Assembly (NCBI GenBank): GCA_963791435.1
Contig: CAWBSL010000003.1
Coordinates: 421,035-485,034, forward strand
Source: Candidatus Dormiibacterota bacterium
GTDB taxonomy: Bacteria; Chloroflexota; Dormibacteria; Aeolococcales; Aeolococcaceae
Length of the DNA: 64,000 bases
Direction of reading: 5' to 3'
Shown here: positions 26,410-34,935 of the stretch, in pieces
Position numbering within the stretch: the first letter of the stretch is position 1
Layout: each line of letters opens with the position of its first letter
Position numbers and translations under genes: made by a program
The notes under the pieces: generated by a model
What the model saw: only the letters and a program-made list of their open reading frames with translations
The model's database searches: none
Told to the model about the DNA's origin: nothing

Positions 26410-26712
26410 CTAGAGCGACCCCAGTCGGGGCCGGATTCCACCGGGCACCGCGCCGGCATTGCGGGCCGGTACGGCGTCGATATGGGCCGACTGCCACTTG
26501 TTCGGGGCGAAGATGCCGATCGTCGTCCCGCCGATCGAGTCCCTGATGATCAGGTGGCCGTCAACGACCTCGATGTACCGGCCGGTCTGGTACTGGTGCT
26601 TGTCACCACCAGGGTCGACCACGATCACCATGCGCTCGGTTGCTCCAGGAATCCAAAGGCTGCGCGAATGCGCCGCGTTTCGGCGGGAACATAGCACCGG
26701 GAGATCGCTCAC
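26410..26712 (-). CDS. Hypothetical small protein downstream of the S9 peptidase
   Basis: 100-aa ORF that starts 25 nt after the peptidase stop codon. No recognisable motif. Confidence 0.35.
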   Translation of the reverse strand: MSDLPVLCSRRNAAHSRSLWIPGATERMVIVVDPGGDKHQYQTGRYIEVVDGHLIIRDSIGGTTIGIFAPNKWQSAHIDAVPARNAGAVPGGIRPRLGSL

Positions 26713-26736
26713 ACACCCTGCGCACCCGATCGTCGC

Positions 26737-28562
26737 CTAGATGTTGAGGTTCTTTCGCAGAAAGGCCAGCATCCTGGGCAAAGCGTCCAGACGATTGGCG
26801 CGCTTGGCAAGCCCATGGCCCTCGTCCTCGTAGATCAGCAACTCGCTTTGGATGCCCCTCGCCACGAGCGACTCATACAGTTGCCGCGCCTCGCCAACCG
26901 GGACGCGGGGGTCGTTGGCGCCGTGAATCAGCATCAGCGGTGCTCGGATGTCGTCGACGTGGGTCATCGGCGACGCCTCGATCAGGAAGTCCCGATCGGT
27001 GTCGAGGAAGCCGTATTCCACCTCGCGGACCCGGCGCCTGTACGGTGAGGTGTTCTCGAGAAACGTCACCAGGCTGCTGATCCCGACGGTCGCGATCCCC
27101 GCCGCCCACAGGTTGGGGTAAAAGGCGAGGGCGGCGAGCGTCATATAGCCACCGTAGGAGCCACCGATCACGGCGACCCGTGACGCGTCGACCTCGCGAT
27201 CCGCGAGCGACGCGTGCACGGCCGTGAGATCGCGCACCGAGTTGAGACGGAGCCGGCGATCGTCGAGAGAGACAAAGCGCCGCCCCCATCCCGCCGAGCC
27301 ACGAACGTTCGGCGCCGCCACCGCGATGCCCTCGGCGACCAGCCGGATGATGAAGGGGTCGTAGCGGGGCGCAAAGCGCGCCTCCGGGCCGCCATGGACC
27401 ACCACCACGACCGGCGGATTCTCGACGGCAGGCTTGTAGAGGAAGTAGGTGATCTCCTCACCGTCGAACGAGGCGATCTTCTGCAACTCCGGTGTGACGA
27501 GTTCCGGCTTCACCACCTGGTCAATCGGCAGGAGTGGTGCGGGCGTTGCGGCTCCGGCCACGTCGATGCGAAGTGGATGCAACGGTGTTGCGGTCGTCGT
27601 GTACGTGAGGAGCGCCCTGGCGCCGTCGGAGGAGAGATAGGGCCGTGCGATCAGGGGCAGACCGAATCCGGTGCCGGCCTCCGGCAGCGGGATGTCCCGG
27701 ACGTGCGCGAGGTTCGCGCCATCGTGCAGCTGCAGGCGGGTGATCGCGTTCTCGGCGTGAACGATCAGCGCACTCCGGCCGTCGCTGCTCAACACGGCCT
27801 CGCTGTCCCAGTCCGTCTCCAGCACGTACTGCCAGCTCGCCGTTGCGATGTCGTATCTCCCGATCGACGCGACGTCGCGACCCGAAGTCCGTGCTGAAGA
27901 GGAAGGCCGACGAGTCCGGGTACCAGGCTGGAGCGATAGCGATTCCGGGACCTGTGCGCGTGACCACCATTCGGACCTCGGCACGTCTCGACGTGGACGA
28001 GCAGGAGGTCGTTGCTGATCGCGAATGCACCGTCGAGGCGGGCGACCGCAAGCCAGCGGCCGTCGGGGGAGAAGCACTCGACGCGGTTCCAGCCGCCTTC
28101 GAGCACGCAGCGGATCCGGCCGTCAACCCGGTTGAGGACGTAGGCGTCGATATCGACGCCGTTTCGCTTCGTCGACGTGAAGGCGATGAGGTTCCCGTCG
28201 GTGCTGACGTCACCGAGATCGTGCTTGACATTGTCCTCGACCATCAGCGCCCGCGGTTCACCACCGTTGCGGTCCACGAGCCAGAGCTGATAGACCTCGT
28301 TACCGCCACGATCGACAGCAACAACGATGTCATCGGCACCCGGGATATAGAGTGCCGCGGCGACGGGCTCGGCAAGAAACGTCAACTGGACGAGATCGCC
28401 CCCACCAGCCGAAACCCGGTACACCTGCATGCTGCCGCTGTCATCGCATCGGACGAGGAGCTCCTCGCCGTCAGAGGCAACATCGGCGATCACCGCGGAC
28501 CGGGCCTCCAGGAGGCGCGTCAGGAGATCGTCAGCCACACGCTCATCTTCCCATCCATACAC
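26737..28562 (-). pseudogene. S9 prolyl oligopeptidase / acylaminoacyl-peptidase family serine peptidase, broken by two frameshifts
   Basis: The N-terminal beta-propeller is in ORF 27789-28562. A middle piece (AEVRMVVTRTGPGIAIAPAWYPDSSAFLFSTDFG) is in ORF 27521-28231. The catalytic domain is in ORF 26737-28077 (GGSYGGYM nucleophile, HGANDPRV, EGHGL). The junctions lie near 27983-27986 and at the CCC run 27881-27883. Confidence 0.8.
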
Positions 28563-28617
28563 GATGCCGTGTCAGGAGACGGCAGCGCAGGATCGATGCG
28601 ATTGACGCCTCACCCGG

Positions 28618-29109
28618 CTACTCGCCGGGCAGCAGGGAATCGATGAGCGCAACGACTTCGGGCGCATCCGGGGACGTGCGTGAGCGGAATCGGGCGACCA
28701 CCTCGCCCTCCGGCGACACGACGAACTTCTCGAAGTTCCACGCCACATCACCGGCCTTGCCGTCCGCGTCCGCGATGGTGGTGAGCTGCGCATAGAGCGG
28801 ATGACGCCCCGGTCCATTGACGTCGATCTTCTCGAACATCGGAAAGGTGACACCGTAGTTGTCGGCACAGAAGCTTGCGATTTCTTCCGCGGTGCCCGGC
28901 TCCTGCTCTCCGAACTGGTTGCACGGAAACCCGAGCACGGTGAATCCCTTGCCCGCGTAGCGTTCCTGCAATTCCTCGAGCTGCGTGTACTGCTTCGTGT
29001 AGCCGCACTTCGACGCGACGTTCACGATGAGCAGCGCCTCACCCTTGTAGTCGGTCAGCGATGCAGGGTCGCCCTGCAGCGTTTTCACCGGAGCGTTGTA
29101 GATGGACAC
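28618..29109 (-). CDS. Glutathione peroxidase
   Basis: LIVNVASKCGYT, LGFPCNQFGEQEPG and WNFEKF are the three GPx signature blocks. Confidence 0.9.
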   Translation of the reverse strand: MSIYNAPVKTLQGDPASLTDYKGEALLIVNVASKCGYTKQYTQLEELQERYAGKGFTVLGFPCNQFGEQEPGTAEEIASFCADNYGVTFPMFEKIDVNGPGRHPLYAQLTTIADADGKAGDVAWNFEKFVVSPEGEVVARFRSRTSPDAPEVVALIDSLLPGE

Positions 29110-29201
29110 AGGCGTCCTCCAGAACGATGCCTTTCGCAGTCACGTTCGAGCCTAGCATCGAGCGCGCGCGACCCGACTCCGGATCGAGGTGCGGACCCGG
29201 T

Positions 29202-30272
29202 TCAGCCGTTCCAGGTTGTGGCGCCGCGGTAGTCGCCCTGGATCATCGAATCGAGCTGCCCGATCAGCGCGCTGCTGCGGATGATGACACCCAGCTCGCG
29301 GTTGTAGCGGAGCGACTCCGTGGAGAAGTTCTGCGAGCCGGCAAAGGCCTCCTGGTCGCTTGACCCCGGATCGCGAACGAGCACCTTGGCGTGGATGTAC
29401 AGCGACGCGTCGGGTGAGTACACGCGGAGGTGGACTCCGGCATCCGAGAGCTCTCGGAATGCGGAGTCCCAGCTGCTCGAGTTGGTCATGCAGACCTCGA
29501 CGCTGACGCCGCGCCGAGCGGCCGCCACGAGCGCGTCGGTGATGTCGGAGTTGTCCATCTCCTCGTTCTCGACGTAGAGGGACCGAGTTGCACCGTCGAT
29601 GACGCCGAGCAGGCTGGTGAGCGAGGTCGTGGGTGACCAGACGAGGTCGGCGCCGGATGGCGGGGTGGTGGCGGCTCCGTCGTAGTCGGCGTTGAACGTG
29701 GCCTGGATCGCCGCGATGTCAGCCGGCGATCGATCGATCACGGCGACGTCGCGTGTGTCGTAGTAATAGCGGCTCGTCCAGTTGAGGGTCATGACCACAC
29801 TCACCGAGGTGTCGATAACGAGCGTCTTCTGATGGGTCAACGCGTATCGCGAACTGGCCCAGTGGACGTGCACTCCGTGCGCCTGGAGGAGCGCGAACGC
29901 AGCGTCGTTGTCCGATCGCGTGTACGAGCTGTTGAGGATGACCCGCACGTCGACGCCGCGCTCGGAATCGGCCGCGAGGGCTGCCTCTGCCCGGGTGTCC
30001 TCGAGCTCGTACATGGTGAGGTCGACCGTATGCCTCGCCGAGGCGATCAGCGAGTAGATCTCTCCCATGCCCGCGGCGGGCTCGATGAGCAACGAGAGCG
30101 CCGGTGGGGGAGGGGCGGTCGCGGACGCACGGGGCGATGCCCCGGACGGCGACGCGGATGCGGCCGGGCTCGTCGTGGGCTGGGTGGTGGCGGCCGCGCT
30201 GGCAGGCGCTGCTCCGCAGCCCGCAATCGCCACCGTGGCGATCAGTCCGAGCAGCGCCCGCGGAGGGGTCAT
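29202..30272 (-). CDS. Secreted phospholipase D-family (two HKD motifs) lipoprotein
   Basis: Lipobox LIATVAIAGCG. HKD motifs HQKTLVID and HAKVLVRD, each followed by GS/N. Confidence 0.85.
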   Translation of the reverse strand: MTPPRALLGLIATVAIAGCGAAPASAAATTQPTTSPAASASPSGASPRASATAPPPPALSLLIEPAAGMGEIYSLIASARHTVDLTMYELEDTRAEAALAADSERGVDVRVILNSSYTRSDNDAAFALLQAHGVHVHWASSRYALTHQKTLVIDTSVSVVMTLNWTSRYYYDTRDVAVIDRSPADIAAIQATFNADYDGAATTPPSGADLVWSPTTSLTSLLGVIDGATRSLYVENEEMDNSDITDALVAAARRGVSVEVCMTNSSSWDSAFRELSDAGVHLRVYSPDASLYIHAKVLVRDPGSSDQEAFAGSQNFSTESLRYNRELGVIIRSSALIGQLDSMIQGDYRGATTWNG

Positions 30273-30511
30273 TCAGTCAGTATGCGGACCGCTTTGACAC
30301 CACTTTCGGGACAGTCTCGAGCGGGCCAATCGCTCATTTGATCTCCAGTGGGCCATCTGGAGCGTTCGAATCGAACGAACCCCTTGCGTCTCCCGCGTCC
30401 AGCGCGCCACAATCCTCACCTCAAAGCCGCCGATGTCGAGAGGGTCCGTATGCAGTCTCGTTTTGTAGCAAGAGCGTTTGGCGCAATTTCGCGCCGCCCA
30501 GGAGGAGTTGC

Positions 30512-32605
30512 ATGACATCAATCCGATCGTGGGCCGCGCTGGCCTCGGTGGGTCTCGCGGTATCAGCCGCGACCGTGGCCTCCGTGAGCCCGGCTTCGGC
30601 AGCAGGAACATCGGCCCGAGCGGCGCTGGCAGGGTCCCTGACCCCGGCCTCCGAGCGGTCCAAACCAGAAGGCCGTGCGGCCGCCGGCGGCAGCATCAGC
30701 TTCGATCTCAACCTCACCCTGCGCAACGCCGCAGCAGCGAAGGCGCTGGTGACAGCGGTCTCGACGCCCGGTTCGGCGCAGTACCGCCACTTCGTGACCC
30801 AGGCTCAGTGGATCGGCAGCTTCGCGCCGACATCGGCAGCCGTCGCCTCCGCAGAGAACTGGCTCCGCCAGAATGGCTTCACGGTCGGGGCGGTCCCCGC
30901 AGACCGTTTGTTCGTCCCTGCCAGCGGCACCGCCGCCCAGGTTGAGCAGGCCTTCGGCACCACGCTCGGCACCTACAAGGTGAACGGCGTCTCCGTGCGC
31001 CTCGCCAACAGCGCGCTGTCCGTTCCCGCCTCGATTGCCGGCGTCGTCGCCGGCGTGGTTGGCGTCAACCAGGCGGTCGCGACGAACGACCTCAGCGCGG
31101 GCACTGCGGCCACGACGGCCTCCAAGGCAGGCTCGGCCAGCCAGGAGCCCCCGCCACCCGCTGCCTTCAGGAACCCGCAGCCCTGCGGTAGCGCCTTCGG
31201 CTCGAAGGTCGACACGACGGACAACGCGTCGCTCTACGCACCCTTCACAAGCCCGCAGCCGTACGACATCTGCGGCTACAAGCCCGCCCAGCTCGAAGGA
31301 GCCTACGGACTCGCGAGCGGCATCGCCAACGGTACGGCCAGCGGCAAGGGCGTCTCGATCGCGATCGTCGATGCCTATGACTCGCCGACACTGCTTGCCG
31401 ACGCGCAGCAGTACTTCAGCAAGAACGATCCTTCGATCGCGCTGAAGTCGAGCCAGTTCACCAACATCAAGCCAAAGTCGGTTGGCAACGAGGCGGAATG
31501 CGGCGCAAGCGGTTGGTATCCGGAGCAGGCGCTCGACCTCGAAGCCGAGCACACGATGGCGCCGGGTGCCCACATCATCTTTGTTGGTGCGGTCGACTGC
31601 CTGGACCAGAGCCTGCTGAACGCGGAGAATACCGCGATCACCAGCGGCGCATCGGCCGTCAGCAATTCCTGGGGCGACACCATGGGTGACCTGCTCACCG
31701 ATGCCGCGACCAAGACCGCCTTCGACGACACGTTCATCATGGCGGACTCAACCGGAGTTAGCGTGCTCTTCTCGAGCGGCGACGACGGTGACAACTTCGC
31801 CGACTTCGGCCTCACCGTTCCTGATTACCCGGCGACCAGCCCGTTCGTGACCGCCGTCGGCGGCACCTCGCTGGAAGTCGGCAAGGGTGACAGCCGGACA
31901 GCCGAATACGGTTGGTCGACGGCCAAGCAGGTTCTTTGCGAGCCCGCCACGACCAATTGCGGCTCTGCGACCACACCCCTCGGCACGCTCGCGTGGCAGG
32001 CCGGCGGTGGTGCAGGAACGAGCTACACCTACATCCAGCCCCCGTACCAGGCGAACGTGGTGCCCGCGGCACTCGCGCTCAGGAACGAGGCACTCTTCGG
32101 ACCGCAACCGCTCCGCGTGATCCCGGACATCTCGATGGATGCGGACGCCTCGACCGGAATGCTCATCGGGCTGACCCAGACCTTCCCTGACGGTACTGTC
32201 AAGTACTCGCAGTTCAAGGAAGGCGGGACGAGCCTCGCATCGCCACTGCTCGCCGGTGTCACCGCTGACGCCGATCAGGCAGCCGGCGCCTCGATCGGGT
32301 TCCTCAACCCGACGCTGTACTCGGTCGACCAGCACCATCCGACAGCCTTCAATGACATCGTGCCGGCAGCGAACCCGGACGCAACCGCTGTGGTCCGCGT
32401 CGACTTCGCCAACACGGTCAACGCCTCGGACGGTTACGTCGTGAGCCTTCGGGCGATCGACTACCAGGGCACCGAGACCTACTGCGACGCGACCGGTAAC
32501 TGCGCATCGCGCCTCGTTACAGTCAACACCGCGGTCGGCTTCGACGGCATGACCGGCATCGGGTCGGTCGGACCAAGGTTCATCAAGTGGATGGCCGCAG
32601 CCTGA
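30512..32605 (+). CDS. Secreted S53 (sedolisin/kumamolisin-like) serine peptidase with pro-domain
   Basis: ATG 30512 follows GGAGGAG and is followed by a signal peptide. A pro-kumamolisin-like activation domain is present (SAQYRHFVTQAQW...VEQAFGT). Catalytic-domain blocks include EQALDLEAEH and GGTSLASPLLAGV. The 136 extra residues in the ORF track overlap the divergent PLD gene. Confidence 0.85.
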   Translation: MTSIRSWAALASVGLAVSAATVASVSPASAAGTSARAALAGSLTPASERSKPEGRAAAGGSISFDLNLTLRNAAAAKALVTAVSTPGSAQYRHFVTQAQWIGSFAPTSAAVASAENWLRQNGFTVGAVPADRLFVPASGTAAQVEQAFGTTLGTYKVNGVSVRLANSALSVPASIAGVVAGVVGVNQAVATNDLSAGTAATTASKAGSASQEPPPPAAFRNPQPCGSAFGSKVDTTDNASLYAPFTSPQPYDICGYKPAQLEGAYGLASGIANGTASGKGVSIAIVDAYDSPTLLADAQQYFSKNDPSIALKSSQFTNIKPKSVGNEAECGASGWYPEQALDLEAEHTMAPGAHIIFVGAVDCLDQSLLNAENTAITSGASAVSNSWGDTMGDLLTDAATKTAFDDTFIMADSTGVSVLFSSGDDGDNFADFGLTVPDYPATSPFVTAVGGTSLEVGKGDSRTAEYGWSTAKQVLCEPATTNCGSATTPLGTLAWQAGGGAGTSYTYIQPPYQANVVPAALALRNEALFGPQPLRVIPDISMDADASTGMLIGLTQTFPDGTVKYSQFKEGGTSLASPLLAGVTADADQAAGASIGFLNPTLYSVDQHHPTAFNDIVPAANPDATAVVRVDFANTVNASDGYVVSLRAIDYQGTETYCDATGNCASRLVTVNTAVGFDGMTGIGSVGPRFIKWMAAA

Positions 32606-32629
32606 CGCTTCGCTGATCTGACTGACACA

Positions 32630-32660
32630 GGGGCGCCGGGAAACCGGCGCCCCTTTTCTT
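32630..32660 (+). terminator. Intrinsic terminator after the sedolisin gene
   Basis: GGGGCGCCGG-GAAA-CCGGCGCCCC is a perfect 10-bp stem followed by TTTTCTT. Confidence 0.8.
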
Positions 32661-33459
32661 GCCGAGCGGCATGCACGTTTCGGTAGGCGATGATCTGCGG
32701 GTGGATGAAGGTCAGCGGCCCGTCACGGTCATCACCGGGGCGGGGAGGGGGATCGGCGCGGCGACTGCGCTCCACCTTGCGCAGCTGGGCCATGACGTGG
32801 TGGTGAACTACCGGAAGGACCACGATGCCGCCGCGCGAGTCGTTGCGTTGGCACGGGACGCGGGCGCACGCGCGATCGCCGTACAGGCAGATGTCACGCT
32901 CGAAGATGACGTTACGCGGCTGTTCGCGGTGGCCGTCGACGCGCTCGGCCCGGTGCGCTCCCTCGTCAGCAACGCCGGCGCGACGATGCACATCGGAGAT
33001 CTCGCCGATACGCCGGTTGCGACGATCAAGGCGGTCCTCGACGTCAACCTGCTCAGCACGATTCTCTGTGCGCGTCGGGCCGCGCAATTGATGTCGACGA
33101 GTCGCGGAGGCGCGGGGGGTGCGATCGTCAACGTCTCATCCGCAGCCTCCACACTGGGAAGTGCGCACGAGTACGTGCACTACGCAGCCGCGAAAGCGGG
33201 CGTCGATGCGCTCACCGTCGGGCTCGCCAAAGAGCTTGCGGGCGATGGCGTTCGGGTCAATGCGGTCGCGCCGGGGATCGCGTTGACCGAGATTCACGCG
33301 GGCGCAGGCGCGCCCGATCGAGCGCAGCGTTTAGCGAGCCGAATGCCGCTCGGCCGGGCCGCCGATGCGCGCGAAATCGCCGTCGCGATCGCATGGCTGC
33401 TCGGTCCAGAGGCGACGTATGTCACCGGGACCGTGCTGCGCGTCGCGGGTGGAATGTAG
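32659..33459 (+). CDS. Short-chain dehydrogenase/reductase (SDR)
   Basis: TGAGRGIGAA cofactor motif, NAG, and catalytic YAAAKAG. The start may be GTG 32701. Confidence 0.85.
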   Translation: MPSGMHVSVGDDLRVDEGQRPVTVITGAGRGIGAATALHLAQLGHDVVVNYRKDHDAAARVVALARDAGARAIAVQADVTLEDDVTRLFAVAVDALGPVRSLVSNAGATMHIGDLADTPVATIKAVLDVNLLSTILCARRAAQLMSTSRGGAGGAIVNVSSAASTLGSAHEYVHYAAAKAGVDALTVGLAKELAGDGVRVNAVAPGIALTEIHAGAGAPDRAQRLASRMPLGRAADAREIAVAIAWLLGPEATYVTGTVLRVAGGM

Positions 33460-33496
33460 GCATTGTTTCGGCTGACGCCCTCTCTCATGCAGCCCG

Positions 33497-34888
33497 GTGA
33501 CGTTTGGCGAACGCGCTAGGCTTGCGGCCGTGACAGTCGCGCCACGCCAGATCGCCGATGCGGCGGAGATCGCACGCCAGTGGATTCGCTACCAGGCGAT
33601 GCGATGGCAGATTCCCGGCATCTCCTTCGGAATGAGCCACCGTGGCCAGGTGGTGCTGCTGGACGCGTGGGGCAACGCAGACATTGCGTCGCAGCGCGCT
33701 GCAGCTCCCGACGCCACGAGCTATCGATGCGCGTCCATCACCAAGACGATGACGGCGACGCTCGTGATGCAGCAGGTGGAGGCCGGTCGGCTGCGCCTGG
33801 ACGAGTCGATCGCCACGTATGTCGACTGGACACGCCGGCTGCCACACGCGAAGGACATCAGCATCCGCCACCTCCTCGTGCACGGCAGCGGTGTGATACG
33901 GGATGGATCGAACCCCTGGGGAGACGATGACTTTCCCGATCGCGACACCGTGCGCAGCGAAGTCCGGCAGCAACTCAGCTTTGCCGAGCCGGCGACGACC
34001 TTTCGCTACTCGAACATCGCGTACGTGCTGCTCGGTGAGGTGCTCGAAGCAGTCACCGGCAGGCCTTTTGAGGCGCTGCTGCAACGCGATGTCCTCGGCC
34101 CGCTCGGCATGACGGGGAGTGCGCCTTCCCTGCTGCCTCGCGTGCGCAAGACGCTCGCGACCGGCTACTACCATCGACGCCCTGGTGAGGAGCCGCGCCA
34201 GACGCGGCACGCAGAAGCACGTGCCTTCGGGCCCGCCGGCGGCCTCGTTTCGACGGTGCCGGATCTGCTCGCGTATCAACAAGCGCATTTCCCCGGCGCA
34301 GGACGGCTCATCTCCGACCTGTCACGGCGGGAGATGCAACGCACGCAGTGGATGCGCCACGAGGAGCCGAATCACGGCCTTGGCTGGATGATCTGGCACG
34401 TCGACGGCATCACCATCCGCGGGCACAGCGGGGGGTATCCGGGATTCTCGACAAAGATCGGGTTCTCGCCGGAATGGGGCCTTGCCGCGGCGGTCCTCAA
34501 CAACACGAACAGTCCTGTGCCGAATCTCGCGGTCGACGCCATGTTCCACAGCGTGGCGTGGGTTGCAAGGCGCTGGGGGGACGCTGCCGACACTGCGCGA
34601 GGGCATTCGCGAGCGAGCGTGGGCCGTTTCGCGGGCCACTACCGCGGCGATGTGGGCGAGATGACCGTCGCGCGCATTAACCGAGCGCTGTATCTCTTCG
34701 ACCCTGAGATGATCATGCCGCTCGCGTCGGCGGCGCGTTTGCATCCGACCGGAGCGCGGCGATTCACCATCGTCGAAGGTGATGACTACGGTCACTTCGG
34801 CGAGGAGGTGAGCTTTGCGTTGGACAGCAGAGGGCATTCGACGGCAATGCGATACGGGCCGCACACGCTGCATCGGGCTGACGTCTAG
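33497..34888 (+). CDS. Beta-lactamase-fold serine hydrolase (class C / PBP-like)
   Basis: SxxK motif CASITKTMTATLVMQ, YSN motif (FRYSNIAYVLLG), and HSGGYPG near the C-terminal part of the domain. Confidence 0.8.
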   Translation: MTFGERARLAAVTVAPRQIADAAEIARQWIRYQAMRWQIPGISFGMSHRGQVVLLDAWGNADIASQRAAAPDATSYRCASITKTMTATLVMQQVEAGRLRLDESIATYVDWTRRLPHAKDISIRHLLVHGSGVIRDGSNPWGDDDFPDRDTVRSEVRQQLSFAEPATTFRYSNIAYVLLGEVLEAVTGRPFEALLQRDVLGPLGMTGSAPSLLPRVRKTLATGYYHRRPGEEPRQTRHAEARAFGPAGGLVSTVPDLLAYQQAHFPGAGRLISDLSRREMQRTQWMRHEEPNHGLGWMIWHVDGITIRGHSGGYPGFSTKIGFSPEWGLAAAVLNNTNSPVPNLAVDAMFHSVAWVARRWGDAADTARGHSRASVGRFAGHYRGDVGEMTVARINRALYLFDPEMIMPLASAARLHPTGARRFTIVEGDDYGHFGEEVSFALDSRGHSTAMRYGPHTLHRADV

Positions 34889-34935
34889 CGTCGCCTCGTG
34901 CCTGCGGGCCGTCGCTTACCCAAAGCTGCAGCCGG

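Noticed and set aside
30104-30511. 136-residue N-terminal extension of the sedolisin ORF.
   Set aside because: It overlaps the divergent PLD gene. A strong RBS, an ATG and a signal peptide are found at 30512.
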